From a virus: a stretch of 64,000 bases of DNA. The notes under the pieces are model-generated. The model was not told where the DNA came from. It ran no database searches and worked only from the letters and a program-made list of their open reading frames with translations. Of this stretch, positions 1 through 9,545 are shown in pieces. The position numbers and the translations under genes were made by a program. The stretch's first letter is position 1; each line of letters begins with the position of its first letter. Location of the stretch: UHGV virus genome UHGV-0131811. One strand, written 5' to 3'.

Positions 1-70
1 GGATTTAGTGGTAAAGCTCTTTATCTGGGGCTTACTTTATCGAACTATAAGCCCCCTGTAAAGCACTTTA

Positions 71-451
71 TTAGTTAATTTTGAAGATTGTTACATAACC
101 ATCACTACCAATTATTTGAGACACTCCAGCTTTTTCTACTTGATAGCCCATATTTTCAAGATGATAAACAGCATCATCGTAACCATATGCGCCACCCTGA
201 TAACGTCTCTTATCGCATCTTATCAGGTTTTTACCACGTCCAGCAAGTGCATGTAAAATGGCTTTTTCACTTGAAAGAGTACCATCTAGCATTGTCGCCG
301 TGTAATGGTTGATTTTATTCCCGTTAATATCATACTTGAAATTGAACGAGTGGACAACAATAACGTTACCTTTAAAATTCTCATCAAGTGACTTCTCCAG
401 TGCGTTGCGAAAGTTGTCTTTATTGATGAATTTAGGTGCACGATATGCCAT
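71..451 (-). CDS. hypothetical protein (126 aa)
   Basis: ORF with GGAG about 9 nt upstream of the ATG on the minus strand; no recognisable motif. Confidence 0.5.
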   Translation of the reverse strand: MAYRAPKFINKDNFRNALEKSLDENFKGNVIVVHSFNFKYDINGNKINHYTATMLDGTLSSEKAILHALAGRGKNLIRCDKRRYQGGAYGYDDAVYHLENMGYQVEKAGVSQIIGSDGYVTIFKIN

Positions 452-973
452 TTTTGAATCTCCTAGTTTAAGGACTTTACTTAGTGGGAAAGGTCATTCC
501 CTCCCCGTTGATGCAAATACTAGATAACCCAGTTCAAAGAGTCAAGAAAAATTTTAAAAATATTTTTGGAAAAACTGTAATGAAACGTGCGCACACGACT
601 ACCACAAAACAGAACACAAATCAAGAATTATTTTTCAATCCGCTACAAATTTTTCTCTTGACTTTTGGGGAGAGGGGGAGTAATAGGGGGAGAGGGGTTG
701 GTCTGGCTCCCCATAAAAACCTACCTGCACAATTCTAAAATGATTTTTCTTGCCCGACCTGAGCGGGGTCTGCACGTTTTGAAAATGAAAAAGCTCTTTG
801 GAGATTACCTGCACAGTTTGAAAATGAATTTTCTCTTTGGAGTTCTAAATTCTCTCTACAGATTTCTCTACAGAACTCTACCTGCACAATCCTGAAATGA
901 AAAAGCCCTCCTTACCTGAAAAATTTACCAGATAAGAAAGGCTTAGTCTATTGTGAATATTATACAGAGTTTC

Positions 974-1759
974 TTAGTTCTTTGCGTCTAAGAAGGTAAC
1001 TTCCGGTGAAGAGAATACCGTCTCGATATCCTCATCAGTTCTTGCATAAATATATGTATCTGCATCACTGCCAAATGTTACGGCTATCCTGTGATTGCTC
1101 TTCGACAGGTGGGTAACTAGAGCGTTACTTAGAGACATCTTCTCAACCGGAGGGTTACTTTGATGTATCTTACCTTTTCTTCGTCTGAAGAGGGTAACTG
1201 CATTATCCGTGAACACAACTACACCTGCAAAGTATTCTGGTTCACAGTAGTTCTTCCAACCTGAGCGTAACTTGTGGTACACCTCTCCTTCATAGACATA
1301 TAGATAAACATCTACACTCTTCATCACCTGATTGATGATAACTGTGACGGCTTGAGGGTCAAGTCCACCGATACCTGCACCAATCATAGGTAAACCAACT
1401 TTCCTCAACTGATTAACTTCACAGTATCTGTTAAGCTGTTTCAAAGATGACTCTAAAGCACTATATCGGGCATCTTTACCAGTCTTAAGCTGAGTGTAAA
1501 GGTTAGCTATACGACCTTGTTTTAAACGTGCTACAGAGAAATTACCCAGTAAATTTTCACAGGGTTTGTGTCCTATACCACCTGCATAGAGATAAACTTC
1601 TGTATCGGTCTCATATGCTTTTGGGTAAAGCTTAGAAATCTTGTCAGCGATACCTGCACCCATTAGGTTCATGCAGTTACAACCATGACCAATGATGTCA
1701 AACTTACCTTTATCAAATGCAGCAAAGATATCACCATTGATGATTTTTACAATACCCAT
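974..1759 (-). CDS. macro-domain (ADP-ribose binding/processing) protein with uncharacterised C-terminal domain
   Basis: N-terminal NGDIF...FDIIGHGCNCMNLMGAGIADKI and later LPMIGAGIGGLDP resemble the two glycine-rich macro-domain motifs; about 110 aa C-terminal extension of unknown fold. Confidence 0.55.
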   Translation of the reverse strand: MGIVKIINGDIFAAFDKGKFDIIGHGCNCMNLMGAGIADKISKLYPKAYETDTEVYLYAGGIGHKPCENLLGNFSVARLKQGRIANLYTQLKTGKDARYSALESSLKQLNRYCEVNQLRKVGLPMIGAGIGGLDPQAVTVIINQVMKSVDVYLYVYEGEVYHKLRSGWKNYCEPEYFAGVVVFTDNAVTLFRRRKGKIHQSNPPVEKMSLSNALVTHLSKSNHRIAVTFGSDADTYIYARTDEDIETVFSSPEVTFLDAKN

Positions 1760-1996
1760 TTAACATCTCTCCCAAGATTCTTTATCTTCTGAAGGTTTTA
1801 CACGCTGTCCTTCGTGGTCTACCCAGATGCACCCACAGCCTTCACAGATTACTGGCATTGCGTAGCCAGCTTTAAAATCATCTTCAGTGATGAGACCTTT
1901 TAAGTCACCTGTATCACGTCCAAACATTTCGATAGAACAGTCTTTGCAGAAGTCAGCCATGAATAATTGCCTCTTGAATGATGATACCTTTACCAC
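1760..1996 (-). CDS. small Cys-rich (putative Zn-binding) protein
   Basis: 78 aa, CKDC...CEGCGC cysteine pairs; abuts downstream gene. Confidence 0.45.
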   Translation of the reverse strand: MVKVSSFKRQLFMADFCKDCSIEMFGRDTGDLKGLITEDDFKAGYAMPVICEGCGCIWVDHEGQRVKPSEDKESWERC

Positions 1997-2186
1997 GACG
2001 GCTTTTAAAGTCTTCTAATGGTTCAGAGAAGAAGTCACGGAAACGGTTACTGAACTCACGTTTCATCACCTTCTTGTAAGTTAACACATCTTCTCCTGCA
2101 AACGGGATGACTTCATCTCTCCCTATGAATACTGCTGAACTTACAATTTTACGGGTCTTTTTATCTCTGGCTAGTATTACTTTCAT
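1953..2186 (-). CDS. hypothetical protein
   Basis: 77 aa ORF in co-directional dense block. Confidence 0.4.
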   Translation of the reverse strand: MKVILARDKKTRKIVSSAVFIGRDEVIPFAGEDVLTYKKVMKREFSNRFRDFFSEPLEDFKSRRGKGIIIQEAIIHG

Positions 2187-2526
2187 AGTTTACCTTCTCA
2201 GTTAGCTCATATAAATCAACATGCTCGATACTGTCAATGTTGATATCAATCTTTTTGAAACGCTCCATCACTTCGTTATCAGTCATCCATATCAGACACC
2301 AATGATTCTGGATGGATTCTTCAAGAAGGTCAACACAATCTTTAAAAGTTTTTGTATCACTTCTTGTCCCTACTACTGCGATTGTTCCATATAGCCACTT
2401 ACCATTGCCATAAGATACTTGTGCTACACCAACTTCTTTACCTTTCTCGTAGTAAACGGCTACAAAGTCTCTCCCATTAATCTGCATTTGTAAGTTCCTC
2501 TGTTGGTAATTCACCATTTTCAGCAA
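2161..2526 (-). CDS. hypothetical protein
   Basis: 121 aa ORF, co-directional. Confidence 0.45.
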   Translation of the reverse strand: MLKMVNYQQRNLQMQINGRDFVAVYYEKGKEVGVAQVSYGNGKWLYGTIAVVGTRSDTKTFKDCVDLLEESIQNHWCLIWMTDNEVMERFKKIDINIDSIEHVDLYELTEKVNYESNTSQR

Positions 2527-2791
2527 AGTATTGGAGGTACGGCAACAACTCTTTTACCTGTTCTTGATTGAGCTTCATTCTTTGATTACCTACAAAATCT
2601 TTACCAACTAATGCTGGGATATCAAGTGTTTTCCAGCCATTATCTAGGTACTGAACAGAGACCTCTTTAGCACCTAACCAGATACATGGTTCGTATGATG
2701 AACTCTCTTGTAAAGTACAAATTTCCCCTTTAGCATCTTTAAATTCTGCATAAGAAAATCCACGATTTGTTGGCTGGAATTGCATAATCAT
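2477..2791 (-). CDS. hypothetical protein
   Basis: 104 aa ORF, co-directional. Confidence 0.45.
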   Translation of the reverse strand: MIMQFQPTNRGFSYAEFKDAKGEICTLQESSSYEPCIWLGAKEVSVQYLDNGWKTLDIPALVGKDFVGNQRMKLNQEQVKELLPYLQYFAENGELPTEELTNAD

Positions 2792-3057
2792 TTCCTCGTT
2801 TTAAGAACTGCTAAGATTTCTTTAGAATCTGGTAAGAACCATGTGTAGTGATTCTCTTTGATTTCTGGATGAGTGTCAACCTTTATTTTGCACTCCTTAC
2901 CAACATGCTTAAGCTGTGCTGTGACACCTTGCATAAAGATATGACACATCACATTATCCATAATGGTTGGTATGAAGTCAATTCGCATATAAGTTTCTTT
3001 TGGTCGCGGTAACAGTAAGTACCCTTCTACGTAAAAAGTATCTTCATTCTCTGTCAT
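2788..3057 (-). CDS. hypothetical protein
   Basis: 89 aa ORF, 4-nt overlap with upstream gene. Confidence 0.45.
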   Translation of the reverse strand: MTENEDTFYVEGYLLLPRPKETYMRIDFIPTIMDNVMCHIFMQGVTAQLKHVGKECKIKVDTHPEIKENHYTWFLPDSKEILAVLKTRK

Positions 3058-3323
3058 TGCTGTTTATTTCCTAATAAAATCATATCAATAAGGTTATTAG
3101 CTTTGATTGTGCACTGGTAAAATCCATCACGATAGAACTCAAGGGCTGCTGCCACATCACTACCAGTATTACCTTTGATAGTGAATCTTGAGTCTTCTTG
3201 AGTGTACTTATCACTCTCACTTACTTGGGAGTTTTTGAATGTACTGTTCACTTTGTTCGTTGAACACCCTGACATAATTATCAGTAACACAAACATTATA
3301 AAACTCTGGCTTAGTTTTTTCAT
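3054..3323 (-). CDS. lipoprotein, possible o-spanin
   Basis: Signal peptide with lipobox (IIMSGC); overlaps the 3' end of the upstream membrane-protein gene in another frame, an Rz/Rz1-like arrangement. Confidence 0.4.
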   Translation of the reverse strand: MKKLSQSFIMFVLLIIMSGCSTNKVNSTFKNSQVSESDKYTQEDSRFTIKGNTGSDVAAALEFYRDGFYQCTIKANNLIDMILLGNKQQ

Positions 3324-3564
3324 ATGTTAATACCTCTTTTGTATGCTTATTCTTAGCAAGCACATCTTTCAAATCATTTTTGTAATTGGTGCTCAGTGTG
3401 ACTAATCCTTCCTGATAAGCATCTTTAGCAACACTTATGAGCTTTTGATTGTTTAGCTCAGTTTCAGCAACTTGATAGTCTCTGTAAGAGTATCCTCCCC
3501 AGACACCTGCCCCAACTAAGAAAACAATTATGAAAGTAGCTTGACAGAACTCTTTAAATGTCAT
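3217..3564 (-). CDS. N-terminal transmembrane protein, possible i-spanin
   Basis: 115 aa, single N-terminal TM helix (FIIVFLVGAGVWGGY) followed by a helical periplasmic region; overlapping lipoprotein gene downstream. Confidence 0.4.
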   Translation of the reverse strand: MTFKEFCQATFIIVFLVGAGVWGGYSYRDYQVAETELNNQKLISVAKDAYQEGLVTLSTNYKNDLKDVLAKNKHTKEVLTYEKTKPEFYNVCVTDNYVRVFNEQSEQYIQKLPSK

Positions 3565-3583
3565 TTAACAATCTCCTGAAATG

Positions 3584-3604
3584 AAAAAGGCTCCCGAAGG
3601 AGCC
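3584..3604 (-). terminator. rho-independent terminator hairpin (GGCTCC-CGAA-GGAGCC) with U-run on minus strand
   Basis: Perfect 6-bp GC stem with tetraloop, followed by TTTTT on the minus strand, just downstream of gene 3617..4081. Confidence 0.55.
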
Positions 3605-3616
3605 TGTATCTTAACC

Positions 3617-4081
3617 TTAACCGAGGACTTTAGCAAGGATATTCGCAGCCATCGAAGAGGCTTTTGCAGCAGCAACTACGCCAGCTTTGACAGTGCTATC
3701 CTTAATAGCAGATACCGTTGCAGCATCAGTAAAGAGATAAGTGATTGTTTTAGAACCACTTGTAAAGGAAAGCATAAGAGTAGTTTCCAGATTGAAAGAG
3801 CGATACGGAGCACCTTCTTTAACGATACCTTCAGCACCTAACTCTGAAGCCTTACCCATATCATAGATAGTCATCAGGTTTTCTTTGTGTGCAGTCGTTG
3901 AACCAGCACCTTTTACGTGTTTTTTAACATTCAATAATGCACGATATTCACGAATGCTGCCATCAGCTTTTACATTAACAGCACGGAAAATTTTACCTTC
4001 AAAGTTACCTTGAATCATTTTACGAACTACTTCAGATTTGTTTGCCGTATCGTCCAGTGCTACCGTAATGATATTGTTCAT
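3617..4081 (-). CDS. hypothetical protein
   Basis: 154 aa ORF followed by terminator. Confidence 0.5.
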   Translation of the reverse strand: MNNIITVALDDTANKSEVVRKMIQGNFEGKIFRAVNVKADGSIREYRALLNVKKHVKGAGSTTAHKENLMTIYDMGKASELGAEGIVKEGAPYRSFNLETTLMLSFTSGSKTITYLFTDAATVSAIKDSTVKAGVVAAAKASSMAANILAKVLG

Positions 4082-4091
4082 AAGTTTTCTC

Positions 4092-4787
4092 TCAATGTTT
4101 AACTAACATGGTTTTAATGTGTGGAAGGATTCTGTTTACCTTCTGAACATTCTTCTCTGTATCTTCTATAAAGCATACTATATTAAAGTAAGGAAGAATG
4201 CAAGACTGAATCATCCTCACTTTCAAACTTTCTGCACTTATAGAGTTAGTTCCAAAACCACGCATAAAAAGCAAGTAATCATGCTCTATATTGTGCCTTA
4301 AAAACATCTCAGTAGGTATTCTCTGAGATTCACCTCTTGCTGTCAAGAGTCCAACTGCTGCATGATTTGCAATTGCATCAATAATGTTGAAAACATATGT
4401 TGGTTTTGCTCTTACAGAATCAAGAAGATTAGTGTACTGTGAGAATGACCCATCAGTCAATTCCGTTGAGCAATCTTCGTGATTAAAATTTGTAAGAACG
4501 CCATCAATATCTGCTAAGATGAGGTTACCTTTTTCTACAAGGTCTTTATTGACTATGACTAAACTATCACGCCTTACACCTATAGTTTGTCCAGTCTCTT
4601 TGTCCACAACGTTCACAATTGGTTCTGATGTGTGGAACTCTTCAAGTGAACATACAACTTCTCTTGCAGTGTCTTCAAAATCCCTGCACTGTTCTGGAGT
4701 CCATACACAGGAATCAAGACCTAACTCATGAGGATGCAAGTCATAAGCGTGGCACAGGACTTCATCAGACTTTCTTAATTTTTTCAT
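4092..4787 (-). CDS. HAD-superfamily phosphatase, putative (deoxy)nucleotidase
   Basis: LILADIDGVLTNF matches the HAD motif I (DxDG[TV]); phage nucleotide-metabolism context. Confidence 0.5.
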   Translation of the reverse strand: MKKLRKSDEVLCHAYDLHPHELGLDSCVWTPEQCRDFEDTAREVVCSLEEFHTSEPIVNVVDKETGQTIGVRRDSLVIVNKDLVEKGNLILADIDGVLTNFNHEDCSTELTDGSFSQYTNLLDSVRAKPTYVFNIIDAIANHAAVGLLTARGESQRIPTEMFLRHNIEHDYLLFMRGFGTNSISAESLKVRMIQSCILPYFNIVCFIEDTEKNVQKVNRILPHIKTMLVKH

Positions 4788-5313
4788 GATTTACCTTAGA
4801 AATGTTTGTTGCAAATTCACATTGAGCGATAACTTTCATATTGTTATAGACATCTTGAGAGTATTTCTTAGCTTTAGGGATTTTGTACGAATACCCAGCA
4901 TTATATGATGCTAAAACTTTTTGTAAAGTCTTCTTTGACTTTGGCTGACCATGTACCTTTGTCCAAAACTCAAGCTCTTTATGTGTTTCTTTTGCGGCAT
5001 AGTCAAAGTCTTTTAAGAGTTTCTTTTTAGCAACATTAGGACTAATTTTGTTACGCTTTACAACAGTCTTCAAGTGATTCTGGAAGATACCATAGTCATG
5101 GGTCTTTTTATTTTCTACCTTCAGACCTAACTCTGACTCTTGTAAGGCTATAGCTGCTAGAGTGATACCCCAACCTTTACCCATGTTATTCTCACCATAC
5201 TGGTAAGCTTTTAACATGTTCACTTTTTGGCTAATTGATAGCTCTGGGCAGTCAACTGCATAAGATAAGTGTGCTGTAAACATTAAGCACAAACCTAGAA
5301 TCAATTTCTTCAT
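4765..5313 (-). CDS. secreted lytic transglycosylase (SLT domain)
   Basis: Cleavable signal peptide (MKKLILGLCLMFTAHLSYA); catalytic-Glu region LQESELG, GIFQ, and AxYNAG motif. Confidence 0.6.
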   Translation of the reverse strand: MKKLILGLCLMFTAHLSYAVDCPELSISQKVNMLKAYQYGENNMGKGWGITLAAIALQESELGLKVENKKTHDYGIFQNHLKTVVKRNKISPNVAKKKLLKDFDYAAKETHKELEFWTKVHGQPKSKKTLQKVLASYNAGYSYKIPKAKKYSQDVYNNMKVIAQCEFATNISKVNHEKIKKV

Positions 5314-5374
5314 TGGTTCTCCTGTTTAGTTTATCGTGACAACAATTATACAGCACTCTGCACAAAATACAAAT

Positions 5375-5400
5375 AAAAAAGGCCGCCGAAGCAGCCTTTT
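5375..5400 (-). terminator. rho-independent terminator (bidirectional-looking)
   Basis: GGCCGC-CGAA-GCAGCC hairpin (one G-U wobble) flanked by A-run and T-run, downstream of rIIB-like gene. Confidence 0.5.
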
Positions 5401-5414
5401 AAGAGAATTACTTA

Positions 5415-6524
5415 TTAGATTTCACGTTTACGTTGAGAGATGAGTTCACCAGCAGTGCCAACGATGACATGCAAAGCTTCAGTCTTACCGTCCCATGCTT
5501 CCAGCACTTTACGTTGATTATCAACGATTGCTGCAACTTCATAACGAGAGGAACGCATCTTCATATCGTTGTAATCAGTTGGAACAGATACAACATCTCG
5601 TGGATGTACGCGAACCTTCAGGATTGTATCACCTGAGAAGCAACGAACATAATCCCAAGCACCAACATGAAGACCTTGAGAGCAAGTTACGTTACGGTTA
5701 TTATCAACCATCCAACGTGGCATTTCTACAATGTTACCCAAATCATTAGGCACTTTGTAGGTGTGAGAGTCAACCAGCTTGCCTTCACGAGTAGAGACTT
5801 TCTTCCAACCAATGATGTAGCCTTCTTCATCAATTTCAACATCAAGGTGAGATACAAATCCCCAAAGTTGTTCTACAGAATCTTTAGATGGGTTTTCCAT
5901 CAGTTTTTCGAAGAACATTACAAGTCGTTCAAAACCTTTATCGCCAGTTTTCATCATGTGAAGAATACGGTCAACCAGAGTAGAACGCATCTCAACAGCA
6001 CCGTAGAATAGCTTGTCGCCTTTGATTGTGATAGCACCCTGAGTGAAGTTTTCGATAGACTTACGAATGTTCATCAGTTCAAATGCTTTCTTGAACTCAC
6101 CTTTCACAACATGAACTACAATCTCTTGATAGTTCGGATGAGTAGACTCAACAATTTCAGATTCTGAACCATAAGTCATAATTACAGAATCACCAGTAAT
6201 CATGTACTCAATCTTGTCATCTTTCTGCATAGCTTCGTGCAGTTTATTTACTGGAGCTTTCTGTACAGTGTCTTTAACGACCTTTTCAACTGGTTTGCCA
6301 GCTTTCTTTTTAAAAGTCTTAGCAACTTGTTTCAAAGTCTTCGTAGCTGGTGTAGAAGTTGCCTTCTTCTTGCCTTTTAAGGTTGCTTCATGACGCTCTA
6401 CAGCACGACCAACTGAACGGGTTGAAGTATTGAACTTCTGTGCAATAGCTGTTTTAGTCAGCTTACCTTCTTTAACCAGTTTGTAAATTTCTGCGTCAAT
6501 CTGTGCTTTAGTTTTAGTAGTCAT
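5415..6524 (-). CDS. rIIB: rIIB-like protein
   Basis: 369 aa, immediately downstream of rIIA-like gene; N-terminal HTH-like region and conserved C-terminal block (VHPRDVVSVPTDYNDMKMR) as recalled for T4 rIIB. Confidence 0.65.
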   Translation of the reverse strand: MTTKTKAQIDAEIYKLVKEGKLTKTAIAQKFNTSTRSVGRAVERHEATLKGKKKATSTPATKTLKQVAKTFKKKAGKPVEKVVKDTVQKAPVNKLHEAMQKDDKIEYMITGDSVIMTYGSESEIVESTHPNYQEIVVHVVKGEFKKAFELMNIRKSIENFTQGAITIKGDKLFYGAVEMRSTLVDRILHMMKTGDKGFERLVMFFEKLMENPSKDSVEQLWGFVSHLDVEIDEEGYIIGWKKVSTREGKLVDSHTYKVPNDLGNIVEMPRWMVDNNRNVTCSQGLHVGAWDYVRCFSGDTILKVRVHPRDVVSVPTDYNDMKMRSSRYEVAAIVDNQRKVLEAWDGKTEALHVIVGTAGELISQRKREI

Positions 6525-6603
6525 CTTATTACTCTCTCTTGTTAGTTAATCAATCAATTTGTGAGGCTATTCTAAGGGGCTTCAAAGCCCCTTGTCAAAC
6601 ACT

Positions 6604-8970
6604 TTAATCGTAAATTGTTGTACCTTCTGGAACACATTTCACATTAAAGCCTAAAAACTTACTCACTTCGATAGGTGATACTTTATTCCAATCTAAGTGT
6701 GAAAGCAAGAAGTTTTCTTGTTTTCTTTTTGAAAGATAGTTTGTCAGCTTGATAACCATGCGGTCACCTGCTTTTTTAATCTTTTTGTACAGTTTTGTGT
6801 CATTATCAAGGCATGACTTCAAATCCTGAAGAACACTGATAGTGTAAGTGTATGCAAACGGTGCAGCCACATACTGAATCTTACCGAACATTGCCTCAAC
6901 AGCATCTTCATTCCCTTCTAAGAAGATTGTCTTAATAGTATCCCTTGAATAACAATACCCGCGAGAAATCTTCCTGTTATTGAACGTAAAGTTTCTGGCA
7001 ATAATCCAACTGCTTGTAAGGTCGAGGACACCATCCATGTAGATGCGTGTCATATACCTGTTATGGTTAATCCAATGAACATCAGTTAAGCTGTCGTTCA
7101 AGAGCTTCTCATCTACTTCAATCCAGTCTTCTGGTATCTTTTTCCAATTTGCTTTTCGGAAAACATAGACTGTCTTGCCTGTAACATTAGCAACTGACTT
7201 AGCTACATCCTCTGGAGATGAGCAAAAACATCTACCATCAACTGTGTCACCTACTGCCTTAATATAAAGCTGAGGCTCTTCAATTGTGTCTAAGTCTTCT
7301 GACACCTCTTTGTATGAAGCTTTAGTTTCTGCTGGAACAGCTTTCCAGAGTTTTACAACACCCCTTACAGCTTCTTTACGCTGATAGTGGTGTTCCTTAT
7401 CAGACATCTTCACAATCTTTAACAAGCTTTTATCAAGTTTGTGTAGATTGATTAAATCATCTAACTCTTTTTCAGTCGAGAATACAAAGACAATACCATT
7501 GTATCTGTGAAACAGATTTGACTCACTGGCGTAGTCTCGACATGCACCACGCAAAATTTGATTGCGTCCTACAGTCTTCTCAGTACCGTTTTTATTGCGA
7601 CGGTCATTAATCACGAACAAAAACTGTTCAATTTGGCTTTTACGCATTGCACCAAAGATATTGAACATGCTTGCCTCTTGAGTGTAGGAAAGTGCTGTTG
7701 CACGAATCTTACTCTCTAAAGAGTTGAACTTGACATAAGCAACTGGGTCATAAAGATAATCTACTTTAGGGATATTGTTCCCGTTCCTATCAACCTTAAT
7801 ATTGCCTTTACCGTCACGTTCATAAATGACTGAGCCGTCTTCTGCGTAGATAATTCCACGACGAATGTTTAACAATTCTTCTTCCAGAGAATCAAGCTTA
7901 ATGCCTCCCCACTCTAGCTTTGGACACACAGCATTAAACATCTCTCGTGAGTTCAAACGTAGCTCTGCATAAGCCTGTGCAGCATCCATGAGTGTAGGTT
8001 GGCTATTAACTTTCTTGATAACATCCTTTGTAATTGCTTCAGTTATCTTTTTGGTAGCCTCGATGATAACATTTTTTGTCGTATCATTCATCTGCAATGC
8101 TTCACGAGAAGCTGCTATAGCAACTGAACCAATAGGCATGTAGATGTTTACAAGGTCTACGCTCCTACGGAAAAACTCTGGCAAGACTTTGAAGAAATCA
8201 TCACCAAGTAATGCTTCCATGTTCACTGGATAGGCAATATTACCCATCACCACATTAAACTCTGTCCTGTTACCACTAGAACGCCAGCTTTGCTTATGAA
8301 TCATGGCATCATAAACACCTTCTTCACGGGCAATGACGTTCATATCTGCTAATACATCGTCGTACTCAATATTACTTTCTGGTTTTACAGTGAAGTATGA
8401 GTACACATTTCCAGCTTCTTCAAAGAACTTTGAGATACGGTGGTCAGCAACTGCCACACGTACAGCTAAACCATTAGGTTCTTTTGTTGGGTTAGTGGTC
8501 AGCTTAGTTACTTGAGGGATACCATTCTCAAGATAAACAGAGTACTTATTAACAACACCATCAACATAGCTAGATACTGTGAATGACTGAGCAATTGCAA
8601 ATGGGGATTTTGAGCCGATACCCATTGCACCAATGTAGTCATTAGAGTCATTCTTCGTAGAAGCCCCGTAGTTTAGGTACAAACTCATAACTTTATCATG
8701 AGTCAATCCAGTTCCAAAATCACGAACTTCAAAGTAAGGCTCAAAACGAGTAGGTAAATGCACATGGAACGGAATGTTCTCTTTTCCAGCTTCTTTCTGA
8801 GCATCTACTGCGTTACATGACAGTTCACGAATCACTGCCCTTTCTTTAAAGGTATACACACCAGAACTCAAAAGGCTGAACATCTCAGGTGTCATTGTAA
8901 TCTGTGCTTGAGACGTCTCTAAAGAAGTTGAACTCTTAATCACTTCTGCGTGGTCATTTACCATGCGCAT
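6604..8970 (-). CDS. rIIA: rIIA-like protein (GHKL/HATPase_c N-terminal domain)
   Basis: 788 aa; N-terminal ATPase motifs (ELSCNAVDA, VRDFGTGLT); size and rIIA-rIIB pairing. Confidence 0.7.
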   Translation of the reverse strand: MRMVNDHAEVIKSSTSLETSQAQITMTPEMFSLLSSGVYTFKERAVIRELSCNAVDAQKEAGKENIPFHVHLPTRFEPYFEVRDFGTGLTHDKVMSLYLNYGASTKNDSNDYIGAMGIGSKSPFAIAQSFTVSSYVDGVVNKYSVYLENGIPQVTKLTTNPTKEPNGLAVRVAVADHRISKFFEEAGNVYSYFTVKPESNIEYDDVLADMNVIAREEGVYDAMIHKQSWRSSGNRTEFNVVMGNIAYPVNMEALLGDDFFKVLPEFFRRSVDLVNIYMPIGSVAIAASREALQMNDTTKNVIIEATKKITEAITKDVIKKVNSQPTLMDAAQAYAELRLNSREMFNAVCPKLEWGGIKLDSLEEELLNIRRGIIYAEDGSVIYERDGKGNIKVDRNGNNIPKVDYLYDPVAYVKFNSLESKIRATALSYTQEASMFNIFGAMRKSQIEQFLFVINDRRNKNGTEKTVGRNQILRGACRDYASESNLFHRYNGIVFVFSTEKELDDLINLHKLDKSLLKIVKMSDKEHHYQRKEAVRGVVKLWKAVPAETKASYKEVSEDLDTIEEPQLYIKAVGDTVDGRCFCSSPEDVAKSVANVTGKTVYVFRKANWKKIPEDWIEVDEKLLNDSLTDVHWINHNRYMTRIYMDGVLDLTSSWIIARNFTFNNRKISRGYCYSRDTIKTIFLEGNEDAVEAMFGKIQYVAAPFAYTYTISVLQDLKSCLDNDTKLYKKIKKAGDRMVIKLTNYLSKRKQENFLLSHLDWNKVSPIEVSKFLGFNVKCVPEGTTIYD

Positions 8971-9156
8971 AATACTTTCCTCTTAGTTTACTGTTAAATT
9001 ACTTATTAAACATTTTACCAGAACCACCACACATAGGGCAACAACCTGCTCTTGTATACCCTTCCCCATTGCAGTAGTCACACTTCTTGTGTTCTGCAAA
9101 GTACTTGCAAAGAAGGTAAACAAATACTGCTACGCTACCAAGTGACAGTAAAATTT

Positions 9157-9492
9157 CTATCCAATATGCTTGCATGACTCACCTCTCATATTTTTGTAAA
9201 GGATAAAGCTTCTGTCATGGACGATACTTGTAGATACTGCAAAGTTACTTTCAAGCATCTGTTTGTTTGGATTGTAGAAGCTTTTTTTAAACTCGTCAAG
9301 CGCAAATTGGTGGTTGTCTGGAAGACCTTTTACACAAACTTTTATTGTGACTGCTGCTGCAATCTTGCCATTCAGTTCTTCTTTAGCTGCTACTAAAATT
9401 TTGTTAAGGAACTTTTTACCATCTTCAGGTTTCTTAATATTCTCCCAACGTTCTTCTAAGACAATGTTGATGTTCATCTCTTTGATTTTCAT
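9157..9492 (-). CDS. hypothetical protein
   Basis: 111 aa ORF. Confidence 0.45.
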   Translation of the reverse strand: MKIKEMNINIVLEERWENIKKPEDGKKFLNKILVAAKEELNGKIAAAVTIKVCVKGLPDNHQFALDEFKKSFYNPNKQMLESNFAVSTSIVHDRSFILYKNMRGESCKHIG

Positions 9493-9505
9493 AATCTTCT
9501 CCAGA

Positions 9506-9530
9506 AATTAAAAAGGCTCCCGTAGGAGCC
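9506..9530 (-). terminator. rho-independent terminator hairpin (GGCTCC-CGTA-GGAGCC)
   Basis: Perfect GC stem plus U-run on minus strand, 16 nt downstream of the Nampt-like gene. Confidence 0.55.
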
Positions 9531-9545
9531 TCTTATCATATACTT

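Noticed and set aside
484-895. Plus-strand ORFs 484..738 and 665..895 in the large intergenic gap
   Set aside because: Opposite in orientation to the whole surrounding block, no convincing RBS, and their length is produced by the in-frame DNA repeats and the G-rich tract; treated as non-coding repeats, though a small repetitive gene cannot be fully excluded.
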